Positions 63,580-64,000 of a DNA stretch of 64,000 bases are shown here, piece by piece. The DNA is from Heptranchias perlo (taxonomy: Eukaryota). The notes under the pieces were generated by a model. That model worked only from the letters and a program-made list of their open reading frames with translations, made no database searches and was not told where the DNA came from. The stretch's first letter is position 1, and the number at the start of each line of letters is the position of its first letter. A program made the position numbers and the translations under genes. The DNA is taken from assembly GCF_035084215.1 (NCBI RefSeq), contig NC_090363.1:5952001-6016000 (forward strand), given 5' to 3'.

Positions 63580-64000
63580 CATAGGAACAGGAGGAGGCCA
63601 TTCAGCCCCTCGAACCTGTTCTGCCATTTAATTAGATCATGGCTGATCTGTATCTTAACTCCATTTACCCGCCTTGGTTCCTTAACCCTTAATCCCCTTT
63701 GCCTGAAAAAAACTGTCAATCTCAGTTTTGAAATTTTCAATTGACCCCCAGCCTCAATGGCTTTTTGGGGGAGTTTCAGATTTCCACTCCCCCTTGTGTG
63801 AAGAAATGCTTCCTGACATCACCCCTGAACGGCCCAGCTCTAATTTTAAGGTTATGCCCCCTTGTTCTGGACTCCCCCACCACAGGAAATAGTTTCTATC
63901 TATCCTATCAAATCCTTTAATCATCTTAAACACCTCAATTAGATCACCCCTTAATCTTCTATACTCGAGGGAATACAAGCCCAGTCTGTGCAACCTGTCC
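63580..64000 (-). mobile_element. CR1 3' fragment
   Basis: Reads [27 protein letters not shown]. Confidence 0.85.

Overview
Repeat-rich vertebrate genomic DNA, most likely from a cartilaginous fish (shark-type CR1/L2 LINEs, Deu-type tRNA SINEs, Penelope remnants, Harbinger-type MITEs, minisatellites). Manual splicing gives three genes that the ORF track shows only in pieces. (1) A 7-exon + strand type I receptor (3306-8387, ~241 aa) with a germline-joined VJ-type Ig domain resembling NKp30/NCR3 and two ITIMs. (2) A convergent 7-exon paralog on the - strand (31286-19508, ~243 aa) with identical intron phases, a stalk Cys, an Arg at the outer edge of the TM and no canonical ITIM. (3) The first two coding exons of AIF1/Iba1 (54529-58958, continuing beyond the window). 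The order and orientation (+ ITIM gene, - VJ receptor, + AIF1) mirror the mammalian MHC class III block LST1(+)-NCR3(-)-AIF1(+). The TM and tail of gene 1 resemble LST1 by eye. This suggests a paired inhibitory/activating NKp30-like receptor system, and that mammalian LST1 may be an ectodomain-less relic of the inhibitory partner. Secondary observations are an intronic antisense copy of a splice donor in gene 1 and Penelope-derived hairpins with intact minimal hammerhead ribozyme cores. All homology calls are by-eye comparisons with remembered sequences; repeat boundaries are approximate.
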